A stretch of DNA of 50,890 nucleotides from Chitinophagaceae bacterium (GCA_947456055.1 CANGSR010000001.1:1-50890), one strand, 5' to 3'; positions 19,388-29,767 are shown, numbered from the stretch's first letter. Notes: generated by a model not told the origin, from the sequence alone. Numbers and translations: made by a program.

Positions 19388-19777
19388 ATGGAAAAACAGA
19401 AAAACGCCGTAGGCCGCCGTAAGGAAGCTGTAGCCCGTGTTTACTTGAGCAAAGGCACCGGCAATATTACGGTAAATGATAAGGAGTACAAGGCGTACTT
19501 TCCAATCATGTACCTCCAGAATCAGGTAGAACTTCCGTTAAAAACATTGGATTTGTCGGCTGCTTTCGACATCGTGATCAATGTACAGGGTGGCGGTCCT
19601 AAAGGACAGGCCGAAGCTATCAAGATGGCTATCTCCCGCGTACTTTGTGAAGTAAATCCTGAATACCGCCCTCTTCTTAAGAAAGACGGATTACTTACCC
19701 GCGATAGCCGTTCAGTTGAGCGTAAGAAATTTGGTAAAGCTAAAGCACGTCGTAGCTTCCAGTTCTCTAAACGTTAG
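19388..19777 (+). CDS. rpsI: 30S ribosomal protein S9
   Basis: GRRKEAVARV, GGG..GQA.AI, LTRD.R.VERKK, QFSKR. Confidence 0.99.
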   Translation: MEKQKNAVGRRKEAVARVYLSKGTGNITVNDKEYKAYFPIMYLQNQVELPLKTLDLSAAFDIVINVQGGGPKGQAEAIKMAISRVLCEVNPEYRPLLKKDGLLTRDSRSVERKKFGKAKARRSFQFSKR

Positions 19778-19855
19778 TCTGTCAAAGGCCTGGCTTGCCT
19801 TTGCAGGCAGCTTTGGACTATTCAAATTTTTTTTAACAAACAAGAAATTATTCAA

Positions 19856-20896
19856 ATGGAAGATATTAAAACATTGCACCAGCAGCTACTTGAGGCCGGC
19901 GTACATTTTGGCCACCTTAAGAAAAAATGGAACCCAAAGATGTTGCCATACATCTTCGCTGAAAAAAACGGCATCCATATCATTGACCTGAACAAAACTA
20001 TTGAAGGTCTTGATGAAGCTGCAGCAGCCCTTAAATCAATTGCCAAGAGTGGTAAGAAGATTATGTTTGTTGCTACAAAGAAACAAGCTAAGGAAATTGT
20101 AGCAGAAGCTGCTGCAAGAGCCAATATGCCTTATGTTACTGAGCGCTGGTTAGGTGGTATGCTTACCAACTTCAGCACTATCCGTAAGAGTGTAAAGAAA
20201 ATGTTGAGCATCGAAAAAATGCTTGCTGATGGTACTATGGACAGCGTTACTAAAAAAGAGCGTCTTACCCTTACCCGCAGTAAAGAAAAGATGGAAAAAG
20301 TATTAGGTGGTATCTCCCAGATGGGCCGTACTCCTGCTGCTCTTTTCATGGTAGATATCAGCCATGAGCATATTGCCCTTGCTGAAGCAAAACGTCTTGG
20401 TATTGCAACATTTGCAATGGTGGATACAAACAGCGACCCTACTAAGGTTGACTTCCCTATCCCAGCTAATGATGATGCTACAAAATCAATTGCAATTATC
20501 ACTACTTACCTCACTGCTGCAATTCTTGAAGGTCTTCAGGAGCGTGCAATGGTGAAAGACAGTGATGATGATAACGGTAACGATGATACTAACGAAGGCA
20601 GGTCTCGCGGTTTGGAAATAACTGAAGAGGATGGCGAAGGTGGTCGTCGTGGTGGTCGTGGCGCAGGTCGTGGCCGTGGTCCGGGTGCTGGCGCAGGTGC
20701 CGGTGCTGGTGCCCCAGGTCGTGGTCCAGGCGGTGGCCGTGGTAATGCAGGTTCAGGTGGCGGTGGTAGCCGTCCGGGTGGTGGTGCAGGTGGTAACCGC
20801 CCAGGTGGTGGTGGTCCAGGTGGCAACCGTCCAGGTGGTGGTGCAGGCCGTGGCCCAGGTGGTGGCGGTAGTCGTCCTGCTCCAGCTAGACATTAA
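19856..20896 (+). CDS. rpsB: 30S ribosomal protein S2 with long acidic then Gly/Arg/Pro-rich C-terminal extension
   Basis: [38 protein letters not shown]. Confidence 0.98.
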   Translation: MEDIKTLHQQLLEAGVHFGHLKKKWNPKMLPYIFAEKNGIHIIDLNKTIEGLDEAAAALKSIAKSGKKIMFVATKKQAKEIVAEAAARANMPYVTERWLGGMLTNFSTIRKSVKKMLSIEKMLADGTMDSVTKKERLTLTRSKEKMEKVLGGISQMGRTPAALFMVDISHEHIALAEAKRLGIATFAMVDTNSDPTKVDFPIPANDDATKSIAIITTYLTAAILEGLQERAMVKDSDDDNGNDDTNEGRSRGLEITEEDGEGGRRGGRGAGRGRGPGAGAGAGAGAPGRGPGGGRGNAGSGGGGSRPGGGAGGNRPGGGGPGGNRPGGGAGRGPGGGGSRPAPARH

Positions 20897-20901
20897 TTTT
20901 C

Positions 20902-21063
20902 AAAGTAAAAATTCAAAAGTAAAAATTCAAAAACAGCGGGTTTTGAAACCTATTTCAGGATAGCAATATCTTAAAATAATAAACAGAACACACTACTAAA
21001 AACAAAAAGGTAAACCCTGGTTATGTTTTGAATTTTGACTTTTAACTTTTGAATTTTTAACTT
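20902..21063. repeat. Inverted pair of heptamer-based tandem arrays between rpsB and tsf
   Basis: (AAAGTAAAAATTCA)x2 at 20902-20929 faces TTTTGAA-TTTTGAC-TTTTAAC-TTTTGAA-TTTTTAAC at 21026-21061. Confidence 0.65.
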
Positions 21064-21077
21064 AAAATAATATTTAT

Positions 21078-21103
21078 TTAAAGCCCCTTTTTTGGGGCTT
21101 TAA
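21078..21103. terminator. Hairpin between rpsB and tsf (attenuator/terminator-like)
   Basis: TTAAAGCCCC-TTTTTT-GGGGCTTTAA. Confidence 0.5.
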
Positions 21104-21159
21104 TAATAAAATACGAATTTTGCACCCTTATTCAAACTCATAAAAGAAAAATAAATAAA

Positions 21160-22002
21160 ATGAGCACAGTACAAATTACCGCAGCCGATGTAAATAAGCT
21201 GCGCCAGCAAACCGGGGCAGGCATGATGGATTGCCGTAAAGCCCTGGCAGAAAGCAATGGAGATTTTGAAAATGCTATAGATTACCTACGTAAAAAAGGC
21301 CAGAAAGTTGCTGCTAACCGTAGCGACCGTGAAGCTAAAGAAGGTGTGGTAATAGCTAAAGCTAATGCTGATAATACATATGGTATAGTTATAGTTCTTA
21401 GTTCTGAAACTGACTTCGTTGCTAAGAATGAAGATTTCGTTGCTTTCGCACAAGAGATTGCAGATATCGCATTGAATTCTAAAGTTAGTTCAATCGATGA
21501 CCTTAAGGCACAGCCAATGGGCAATGCTACTTTGGGCGAAAAATTGATGGAAGTAGTTGCTAAAATTGGTGAGAAAATTGACCTTACCCGTTTTGAGCAG
21601 GTTACTGCTGCTTCTGTTATCCCATACATCCACAGCGGTTACCGTATCGGTGTGTTGGTAGGTATGACACAGGCTGCTAATGAAGGTATCGTTGCTGCCG
21701 GTAGGGACGTAGCTATGCAGATTGCTGCAATGAAACCATTGGCTGTTGATGCTGATAACGTACCTGCTGAAACTGTAGCTCGTGAAAAAGCTATTGCAGT
21801 TGAGCAAATTATGGCTGAAGGTAAGGCTGCTGATATGGCTGAGAAAATCGCCGCCGGTAAGCTAAACAAGTTCTTCAAAGAAAATACATTATTGCCACAG
21901 GCATTCGTAAAAGACAATAGCAAGAATGTTGCAGAATATTTAACTTCTGTATCAAAGGGTCTTACTGTTACTACTTTTGTGCGTCTTGCTGTAGGTGCAT
22001 AA
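21160..22002 (+). CDS. tsf: Elongation factor Ts
   Basis: LRQQTGAGMMDCRKAL, ETDFVA, IGEKI, VAMQIAAM.P. Confidence 0.99.
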   Translation: MSTVQITAADVNKLRQQTGAGMMDCRKALAESNGDFENAIDYLRKKGQKVAANRSDREAKEGVVIAKANADNTYGIVIVLSSETDFVAKNEDFVAFAQEIADIALNSKVSSIDDLKAQPMGNATLGEKLMEVVAKIGEKIDLTRFEQVTAASVIPYIHSGYRIGVLVGMTQAANEGIVAAGRDVAMQIAAMKPLAVDADNVPAETVAREKAIAVEQIMAEGKAADMAEKIAAGKLNKFFKENTLLPQAFVKDNSKNVAEYLTSVSKGLTVTTFVRLAVGA

Positions 22003-22025
22003 TATTTTATTTCCAATTTATATTT

Positions 22026-22066
22026 TCAGGGCTGTACTATTTGTTAGTACAGCCCTGATTGTTTTT
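22026..22066 (+). terminator. Intrinsic terminator after tsf
   Basis: TCAGGGCTGTACTA-TTTGT-TAGTACAGCCCTGA followed by TTGTTTTT. Confidence 0.8.
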
Positions 22067-22150
22067 GGTGGGGAGGGCAGAATGATTAAAAAAAATGGAA
22101 CCAAAGATTGGAGCATTGAAATTTCGATTAAATATTTTATCTTTGGTAGT

Positions 22151-22384
22151 ATGTTTCAATACTTGTCGGACCAAAATGGAGATACGAAGGCAGTGCTAAT
22201 TCCAATTAAGGAGTGGGAAGCAATTCTTGAAAAACATAGTGATTTAAGGACGTTTGAGCAATTAGGTACTACAACTGACCTACTAAAGCCATCTGATTTT
22301 AAAAATATTTTCACCACTGAAGAGGGCAACGAATTTCGGAACTATTTGGTTAAAGCCCGTAAAGAATGGGACAGAAATAATTGA
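22151..22384 (+). CDS. Small putative antitoxin (77 aa), probably leaderless
   Basis: Start at ATG 22151, 5 nt after TATCTTTG. N-terminal 'QY..D..G...AV.IPI.EW' and C-terminal 'R.EWDRN' are patterns I associate with antitoxins preceding PIN toxins. Confidence 0.65.
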   Translation: MFQYLSDQNGDTKAVLIPIKEWEAILEKHSDLRTFEQLGTTTDLLKPSDFKNIFTTEEGNEFRNYLVKARKEWDRNN

Positions 22385-22422
22385 TAACGAAACTGGTATT
22401 CACCTTGCTGAGTACCCACGAA

Positions 22423-22509
22423 TTTTGGCTAACGCTCAATAAGGGGAAATCTTTTTCCCCTGCCTGAAGGCCGGAGCTACTTATGTGATGGCATGCCGGG
22501 CTTTAGCCC
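22423..22509. repeat. REP-like family A, degenerate copy
   Basis: TTTTGGCTAACGC...CCCCTGCCTGAAGGCCGGAGCTAC...GGGCTTTAGCCC. Confidence 0.6.
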
Positions 22510-22552
22510 ACATGACAATTATTTGGAAAAATGATTGCCCATCAACTTCTCC

Positions 22553-22594
22553 TAAAACGATATAGCCCGGACAATGCCGGGCTATATCGTTTTA
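22553..22594. terminator. 18-bp perfect hairpin, probable bidirectional terminator downstream of dcd
   Basis: TAAAACGATATAGCCCGG-ACAATG-CCGGGCTATATCGTTTTA. Confidence 0.8.
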
Positions 22595-22609
22595 TTTAAT
22601 ATCGAAAGT

Positions 22610-23146
22610 CTAAAACTTATTCTTCCACATCATGCTTTCTACGGGCTTGTCGTTACGGCCGGTGTATTTGGCGTTCGATTTTTTGTCGTAGCTATTGATA
22701 ACATCCCCTTCTGATACAAAGTAGATTAACTGGCCTATAGGCATACCGGCATAAATCCTTACAGGTTTTACCACCGAAATTTCAAGCGTCCAATGATTGC
22801 AGAAACCTACATCGCCCTTACCTGCTGTGGCATGTATGTCTATGCCCAGCCTGCCGGTGCTCGACTTACCTTCAAGAAAAGGTATATGCTTGTGCGACTC
22901 GGTGTATTCTTCAGTTACACCTAGGTACAGGATGCCTGGCAGCAATACATATCCATCTTCAGGTATATCGAAGTGGGTAATGGTATTGTGCTTTTTAGCA
23001 TCCAGGGTAGGGTCGTCGTACATGGCCAGGTATTTACCCAGATGCACATCATATGAGTTTGAACCCAAATTTTTACGGTCGTAGGGCTCTATAACTATTG
23101 TTCCCTTTTCTATCTCTTCCAGTATTTTTGAATCAGAGAGTATCAT
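22610..23146 (-). CDS. dcd: dCTP deaminase
   Basis: MILSD, SYDVHLG, EGKSSTGRLG, AG.GD.GF...WTLE, IGQL. Confidence 0.95.
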   Translation of the reverse strand: MILSDSKILEEIEKGTIVIEPYDRKNLGSNSYDVHLGKYLAMYDDPTLDAKKHNTITHFDIPEDGYVLLPGILYLGVTEEYTESHKHIPFLEGKSSTGRLGIDIHATAGKGDVGFCNHWTLEISVVKPVRIYAGMPIGQLIYFVSEGDVINSYDKKSNAKYTGRNDKPVESMMWKNKF

Positions 23147-23409
23147 ACGGCAAATATAGTTGAATAAACTAAAATTTTAAAGGGCAATGTAGAAATGAAA
23201 TGGGTGAAAATCGGGTAGGCACTTTTTTGTCAGCCCTGTAAATTACCTACCCACTAATTTGAGTGTGCATAAAAAATTTCCCAATACCCGCTTATAATTA
23301 CATGTAATTTGACAGCAATTTGTCATTTAATCCCCATAAAACAGCACATAGTGTAGTTTCATCCCATCCGAAATTCGGAATTCAGGGCCTAAAATTGTAA
23401 TTTTGCCTC

Positions 23410-24642
23410 ATGCCAGTTACTACTACTATCTCGCCGCTTACTCAGCACTATCTTGATAAGGAAGAAAGATATGGTGCCCACAACTACCACCCACTGCCTG
23501 TGGTGTTGACCAAAGGCCAGGGTGTATATGTGTGGGATGTTGATAACCGCAGGTATTTCGATTTCCTTTCGGGTTATTCTGCCATCAACCAGGGACATTG
23601 CCACCCCCGTATTATAGAGACGTTTATAGAGCAGGCGCAAAAGCTTACCCTCACTTCACGTGCCTTTCATAATGATGTATTGGGTGAATATGAGGAATTC
23701 ATAACTAAGTTCTTTGGGTATGATAAGGTATTACCTATGAACACAGGGGTAGAAGCTGTGGAAACAGCATTGAAACTTGCCCGCCGCTGGGGTTATGAAG
23801 TGAAGGGAGTAGAAAAGAACAGGGCAAAGATTATAGTGTGCGAACAGAATTTCCATGGGCGTACAATTAGTGTGATATCTTTTAGTAGTGATGAGAGCTC
23901 AAGCCGTGATTTTGGACCATTCACCCCAGGTTTTGAACCTATTCCGTTTAATGATATCAATGCGCTAAAAATAGCCTTGCAAGACCCTAATGTTATAGGT
24001 TTTCTTGTAGAGCCTATACAGGGTGAGGCTGGTGTAGTAGTACCTGCTGAGGGCTATCTTTCTCAGGCCGCCGAATTGTGCCGGGATGCCAATGTATTAT
24101 TTATAGGTGATGAGATACAAACCGGGCTGGCCCGAACCGGAAAAATGCTGGGTTGCGACCACGAAAATGTGCGCCCTGATATTTTAATCTTAGGAAAAGC
24201 CTTATCGGGTGGAACCATGCCCGTATCGGCAGTATTGGCTGATGATGAAATTATGTTGACCATTAAGCCTGGCGACCATGGCTCAACCTATGGTGGTAAT
24301 CCACTGGCATGTAAAGTAGCCATGACTGCCCTTCAGGTATTGGTGGATGAAAAAATGGCCGAGAACGCACAGGTGCAGGGGGCATATTTCCGTAAAGGTT
24401 TGGTGGCACTCAATAGTGACCTTATAAGCATTGTCAGGGGCAAAGGCTTATTTAATGCCATAGTGATTAATCACCCTGATAAGGATGCAGCATGGAACCT
24501 TTGCCTGGAAATGAAGGAAAACGGACTAATAGCAAAACCCACACATGGCGACAGGATACGGTTTGCACCACCATTATCAATAAACAGAGACCAGATTGAT
24601 GAGTGCCTGGATATTATTGGCAGGAGCCTGAGGCATTTTTAA
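23410..24642 (+). CDS. rocD: Ornithine--oxo-acid aminotransferase
   Basis: [63 protein letters not shown]. Confidence 0.96.
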   Translation: MPVTTTISPLTQHYLDKEERYGAHNYHPLPVVLTKGQGVYVWDVDNRRYFDFLSGYSAINQGHCHPRIIETFIEQAQKLTLTSRAFHNDVLGEYEEFITKFFGYDKVLPMNTGVEAVETALKLARRWGYEVKGVEKNRAKIIVCEQNFHGRTISVISFSSDESSSRDFGPFTPGFEPIPFNDINALKIALQDPNVIGFLVEPIQGEAGVVVPAEGYLSQAAELCRDANVLFIGDEIQTGLARTGKMLGCDHENVRPDILILGKALSGGTMPVSAVLADDEIMLTIKPGDHGSTYGGNPLACKVAMTALQVLVDEKMAENAQVQGAYFRKGLVALNSDLISIVRGKGLFNAIVINHPDKDAAWNLCLEMKENGLIAKPTHGDRIRFAPPLSINRDQIDECLDIIGRSLRHF

Positions 24643-24682
24643 AATATAAGGAATCTGGCATTTTAGCAGCACAAATAACAAT

Positions 24683-25189
24683 ATGATTAGGATAGGAAAG
24701 ATTGTGGCCACCCATGGTATCAATGGAGCATTGGTGATGACCCATGTGGTGGGTGCATCTAAATGGCTGAAAAAAGATACTACATTGATGGTGGAAATGC
24801 AGAAGGGCAGCCTTATACCCTATTTTACTACCCAGGTAAAAGCAGTAAATGATAAGGAATACCTGATTAATGTAGAGGATATAGAAAAAGTAGAGGCTGC
24901 CAAGAAACTGGTAACCAAACATGTGTTTGTAGATGAAACCCTGCTGGGTGACTATGCCAAAAAGTCGCCATTACTGTGGATTGGTTTTAAGGTAATAGAT
25001 GAGACTAAAGGCGAAATAGGGGTTATTGAAGATGTGATACTTACCGGGTCGCAATGGCTGGGGAAGATAATTTATTTTGGTGCCGAGGTATTGGTTCCCC
25101 TCATCCCGGAAATGATTCAAAATCTGGATGTGAAGAAAAAGGTGATTAATATGGATTTGCCAGAAGGGTTGCTGGAAATTTATATGTAG
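24683..25189 (+). CDS. rimM: Ribosome maturation factor RimM
   Basis: IGKIVATHG..G, C-terminal PRC barrel 'EVLVP...LPEGLL'; upstream of trmD. Confidence 0.92.
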   Translation: MIRIGKIVATHGINGALVMTHVVGASKWLKKDTTLMVEMQKGSLIPYFTTQVKAVNDKEYLINVEDIEKVEAAKKLVTKHVFVDETLLGDYAKKSPLLWIGFKVIDETKGEIGVIEDVILTGSQWLGKIIYFGAEVLVPLIPEMIQNLDVKKKVINMDLPEGLLEIYM

Positions 25190-25250
25190 GGGGATTTGAT
25201 TTGAGAATGGAGTGCTTAGGATAATATTAATAGGCTCTTAATCGAGGTAA

Positions 25251-25438
25251 TTTTGGCTAAAGCCTATTTAATTTCAATCTATTACCCCGGCCTAAAGGCC
25301 GGGGCAACTGAATCAAAGTAGGTAACGATCTTTGATATAAAGATTTGTTTTAAATACTTCAGAGGCCTCACCCCGGCCCTCTATCCTGCTAAAAAAAGCG
25401 GGACAGGCAGGAGAAGGTGTCGTATCTAGGCATTTCTG
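25251..25438. repeat. REP-like family A half-element plus family B element
   Basis: TTTTGGCTAAAGCC...CCCCGGCCTAAAGGCCGGGGCAAC (25251-25308); GAGGCCTCACCCCGGCCCTCT...GGTGTCGTATC (from 25362). Both recur at 39299-39561. Confidence 0.75.
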
Positions 25439-25596
25439 CAAACAGTGCCTTTAAGTAATAAAACATTTTACCAAAAACTAATTTCTATTTATGACTATCC
25501 ACAATTGGCTATCTACTATGTACTAACGACTATATACTTTTAACTTTTGCCCCATTACGTTTTAACTTTTACCTTTTAACTTTTGACTTTAAAAAA

Positions 25597-26274
25597 ATGC
25601 GCATCGATATCATTACTGTATTGCCTGAACTTTTAGAAAGCCCGTTTAGCCACTCTATTATGAAAAGGGCTAAGGATAAGGGCCTGCTTGAGGTTTATAC
25701 ACATAACCTGCGTGACTATACCCCATATAAACAGGCACAGGTAGATGATTACCAGTTTGGCGGGGGTGCAGGCATGGTAATGATGCCCGAACCACTAGCC
25801 CTGGCTATAGAGCATTTACAAAATGAGCGCAAATATGATGAGGTAATATACATGACCCCTGATGGGCAGCTTTTTGAACAAAAAACTGCCAACAGCCTGT
25901 CGATGAAAGAAAACCTGATTATTATTTGCGGCCATTATAAAGGTATTGACGACCGTATACGTGAGCACTTTGTAACTATGGAAATATCTATTGGCGACTA
26001 TGTGCTAAGCGGGGGTGAACTGGCTGCTGCCGTGGTAGTAGATACAGTAGGCCGCTTGCTGCCGGGTGTACTGAATGATGAAACTTCAGCCTTGTTTGAT
26101 TCTTTCCAGGATGGGATGCTGGCACCACCAGTTTATACCCGCCCTGCAGATTTCAGGGGTTGGAAAATACCCGACATATTACTTTGTGGCGATCCGAAAA
26201 AAATAGATGACTGGAGGTATGAGCAGTCTTTGAAACGCACAGAGCAACGCAGGCCTGGCCTTCTTGATGAGTAA
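25597..26274 (+). CDS. trmD: tRNA (guanine37-N1)-methyltransferase
   Basis: [36 protein letters not shown]. Confidence 0.98.
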   Translation: MRIDIITVLPELLESPFSHSIMKRAKDKGLLEVYTHNLRDYTPYKQAQVDDYQFGGGAGMVMMPEPLALAIEHLQNERKYDEVIYMTPDGQLFEQKTANSLSMKENLIIICGHYKGIDDRIREHFVTMEISIGDYVLSGGELAAAVVVDTVGRLLPGVLNDETSALFDSFQDGMLAPPVYTRPADFRGWKIPDILLCGDPKKIDDWRYEQSLKRTEQRRPGLLDE

Positions 26275-26547
26275 TATTATTGCCGGGAGAATGTTTGTGA
26301 AAAAACACACCGAAAAAACATCAGTAGAATTATAACAGTAAATTAATACCATTGATAGCAGAAACCAAGGGCAAAACTGATTGTTTATACCGTTTTTGGG
26401 AGCTTTTTTATAAAAACAATGGCAATTTCATGTGATTTTTAAAATTCATACTAATATTTCAACGGTTCATAGGCTTTTTTTTGCAGAATTAATAAAGTTT
26501 CCCTTACCTTTATACAAAATTAATTTAACAATCCAAAAACGCGAACA

Positions 26548-27978
26548 ATGAAAAAACTATTTTTACTCTTTGCTGTAAGCGCATTAGCAGGAGTTGCAAA
26601 AGGACAAGAGGCTGCGAAGTCTATTTTGTCGAAAACCGAAAACCAAACTGCTCTAACTAGCACTTTTGATGGGCAAACTGTTTCAAATGGTAAACAGGAT
26701 TTAACTGCTCTGAATGGTGCCCGTACTACCGTAACTATGGGTAGGTGGTATGATTATGCAGACACATTCCTGAATAATTTTTACCAGTCAGGTGGTTGCC
26801 ATGGTGTACCAAGTACCGGGTCTACATTATTAACAATGTGGGGTGATACTACTGCAGAATTCGGATATTCTGATGGTACTTTCGGACTTAATACATGGAC
26901 ATCAGTTGGCCAGGTAATACTTCCGTTCGATAACTATTGGAACAATACCATTTTCAATGCTGGCCAAATGGCAATCAGGAGCACTGATGCTTATTCAGTT
27001 GACTCAATCATTGCTGTTGGTATCTATGGCCGTAGCTATGCTACACCAGCAAAAAGGGCTGTAACTGACCATATCAAATTTGGTTTGGTTCACGGAACTG
27101 GTGCAACTGGTACTGACCTTCTTGGTTATTACTTCCACAACATGACTAACTATTGTGTTGATACACTTCGTTATTTACAAATGTTCCATGATAGCTTAAA
27201 CAATACTGCAGCAAATTCATCTGCAAGTACTGTATTATCTGAGCATACATACACTTTCAACCTTGTTGAAGCTGACACATCTACTTCAATGTATTTTGCT
27301 AAGGCTTTCCCATTAAGCCCAGCATTCAGTGTACCAGCTGGTAGCGCAGTAGGTGCTGCAGTATCTTTCCAGAGCGGTGATTACCCAACAACAGGTTCAT
27401 CAGTTCCAAGGGATACAGTTCAGTATACTGACGGTACTTTCAAATATGGTTGTTTCTTACCACAGATTATCTATAATGGTACTGGTGGTACAACCCCAAT
27501 TATACAGTTCATGGAATATGGCTGGCCTAGCGACCACACTGTTGGTCATTTCAAGAGGGAAGGTGCTGGTGATGCTGGCTGGGGTGGTTTCTACATTCCA
27601 GGATGGGCTTGGACTACTAGCTCTGGACCATCTGCTTTACAGATCCCAAGGCTTCTTTTCCACCTTACATGTACTACATGTTTGACAATTGGTACAGCTT
27701 CTTTGGAATCAAACAATATCACTGCTTTAAAGAGTGTAAAAATCTATCCTAACCCAGCTGTTAGCGATTTGAACATCGAATTCTCTTTATCTCAGGCTAC
27801 AAAAATATCTGCTTCTTTAAGCAATGTTATGGGCCAGGTTGTAGCTACTCAGGATTTGGGTAATGTTGCTTCAGGTAAAGTAACTTTCAACACTGCTAAC
27901 TTAGCAAATGGTGTTTATTTCTATGAGTTCTTAGCTAATGGTTCACGTTCTACTGGCCACGTAGTTGTTGCTCACTAA
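26548..27978 (+). CDS. T9SS-secreted protein of unknown function, paralogue 1 of 5 (high-expression codon bias)
   Basis: Signal peptide; ARTT..RWYDY; CTD 'IYPNPA...LANGVYFY...VVVAH'. Confidence 0.9.
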   Translation: MKKLFLLFAVSALAGVAKGQEAAKSILSKTENQTALTSTFDGQTVSNGKQDLTALNGARTTVTMGRWYDYADTFLNNFYQSGGCHGVPSTGSTLLTMWGDTTAEFGYSDGTFGLNTWTSVGQVILPFDNYWNNTIFNAGQMAIRSTDAYSVDSIIAVGIYGRSYATPAKRAVTDHIKFGLVHGTGATGTDLLGYYFHNMTNYCVDTLRYLQMFHDSLNNTAANSSASTVLSEHTYTFNLVEADTSTSMYFAKAFPLSPAFSVPAGSAVGAAVSFQSGDYPTTGSSVPRDTVQYTDGTFKYGCFLPQIIYNGTGGTTPIIQFMEYGWPSDHTVGHFKREGAGDAGWGGFYIPGWAWTTSSGPSALQIPRLLFHLTCTTCLTIGTASLESNNITALKSVKIYPNPAVSDLNIEFSLSQATKISASLSNVMGQVVATQDLGNVASGKVTFNTANLANGVYFYEFLANGSRSTGHVVVAH

Positions 27979-27997
27979 TATTTAATTTCTTCTTTAC

Positions 27998-28031
27998 GAA
28001 AAAGGGTAACGGTTTTCCGTTACCCTTTTTC
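27998..28031 (+). terminator. Strong intrinsic terminator after paralogue 1
   Basis: GAAAAAGGGTAACGG-TTTT-CCGTTACCCTTTTTC. Confidence 0.85.
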
Positions 28032-28330
28032 ATTGTGGAAAATGAATTATATAGCGATTAATGAACCCGCTCCGGATTTCATTATATTGTAAAGATTGAA
28101 GTCCTACGGTGTAGCAGCAGGCTAATCAAATTTAAGCCGGATGGGCTTTTGCGATTGGTAAGGGTCTGTATGGATTTTATCGTGCCGCATTTTATCATGA
28201 TGTTGTGAACATGGGGATATTCATTTTCAAAAAATATTTTGCAAAATATCACCGCCAATACCATATTGAATAAAAAATTGTTTCGTACTTTTATATTCAA
28301 AAATTCCTAACCAAATAAAAAAGCTAAAAG

Positions 28331-29767
28331 ATGAAACACACTATACTAATCTGTATTTTATCGATTTTGGCGGCGGCTGCTAATGGGCAAGAGGCTAAAA
28401 TATCTGTGCTTAATGAGCAATATAATGGGAAAGGCATAAACAAGTATCCTGATGGTACTAGTGTAAATATTAATGCGGATATGCAGCCACAGCCAAACCG
28501 AAGTGCAAGAACTACAACAACCTATTCACGATGGTATGATTACACAGATACATTTTTAAATTATGCTTATAGAACTGCGCCTTGTAATGCCGTAACGAAT
28601 ACATCCAGTTTCCTGATGCCGATGTGGAATGATACAACGGCATTGTTTGGCAACCCTGACGGCAGTTATTCTAATAATAAAATGATATCAGCCGGACTTG
28701 CGATTGTACCATTTAATAGCTATTGGAATAGCACCATATTTACAGGGCAAACTGAGCTATTTCCATCATCGGATTATTACATCGATTCAATTAGTGTTTC
28801 TGGTGTTTATGCTAGAAACAATACAACCCCAGCAAAAAGAGCAGTTATAGACACCTTTACCATTGGGGTTGTTAATGGTAATGGACCTATTACCTCTGAT
28901 TTAAGCATCTTTTACTTTACAGAATTGATCAATTACTGTCACGATACGCTAAGGTATATACAGATGTTTCATGACACCATTAATAACCATGCGGGAAATA
29001 GCTATTCAAGCACTAGTTTTAGAGAACAAACCTTCACATTTACCTTGAGTGAAACAGATACTTTTAGTGGAACCAAAACATTTGGCTTGACACCAAGGTT
29101 TAGTGTACCAGCAGGCAATGCCGTAGGTGCATCAATAAGCTTTAAAAGTGGAGATATTAGCTACCCCGGCATTGGCACCGTACCCAGGGATACTATACAA
29201 TATGCCACTACCGGCAATTTTAAATATGGTTCGTTCCAGCCACGAGTCTATTATTCCAGCACAGGAGGTTTAAGCCCTGCACCAAAATTCATGGTAAATA
29301 ATTTTCCATCAGACCATAGTGTAGGCTTTTTTAAGGATGGTAGTTCCCTGTGGCCAGGCTGGCACGGGTTGTATCTACCAAATTGGGTAATGCCATGGCC
29401 AACCCTTACTATACCATCAAAGTTTCAATATCCTTCAATAAGATTCCATATATCATGCAATGCTTGTTATATAATTGGAGCACCTATCCTTGGGAAAGGG
29501 CAAAAATCTCTTGAAGGTAAAAATTTGGAAATCTACCCTGTCCCTGCAAATGATGAATTGATTTTTGATTTCAAACTATTCACCACTTCGGAAGTGAAAA
29601 TCGTACTCAAAAATATGATGGGGCAAGTTGTGGTAAAGAAAGATATAGGGATTGTAGAAACCGGTAAGGCAAGTATTGATACTCGGGAATTGCCCAATGG
29701 GGTATATTTCTATGAGTTTTATGCGGGGGAGGGTTATGAGACGGGGAAGGTAGAGGTGGCGCATTAG
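28331..29767 (+). CDS. T9SS-secreted protein, paralogue 2 of 5
   Basis: Shared family motifs (ARTT, RWYDY, NYC.DTLRY, VPAGNA, PRDTI, CxxC) and CTD. Confidence 0.9.
   Translation: MKHTILICILSILAAAANGQEAKISVLNEQYNGKGINKYPDGTSVNINADMQPQPNRSARTTTTYSRWYDYTDTFLNYAYRTAPCNAVTNTSSFLMPMWNDTTALFGNPDGSYSNNKMISAGLAIVPFNSYWNSTIFTGQTELFPSSDYYIDSISVSGVYARNNTTPAKRAVIDTFTIGVVNGNGPITSDLSIFYFTELINYCHDTLRYIQMFHDTINNHAGNSYSSTSFREQTFTFTLSETDTFSGTKTFGLTPRFSVPAGNAVGASISFKSGDISYPGIGTVPRDTIQYATTGNFKYGSFQPRVYYSSTGGLSPAPKFMVNNFPSDHSVGFFKDGSSLWPGWHGLYLPNWVMPWPTLTIPSKFQYPSIRFHISCNACYIIGAPILGKGQKSLEGKNLEIYPVPANDELIFDFKLFTTSEVKIVLKNMMGQVVVKKDIGIVETGKASIDTRELPNGVYFYEFYAGEGYETGKVEVAH

Noticed and set aside
20536-20963. Pro-rich minus-strand ORF and Val-rich + strand ORF
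   Set aside because: Alternative frames of the GGT-rich rpsB tail.
21995-22150. Longer 129-aa version of the small ORF after tsf
   Set aside because: It spans the tsf terminator; the promoter and ATG at 22151 fit better.
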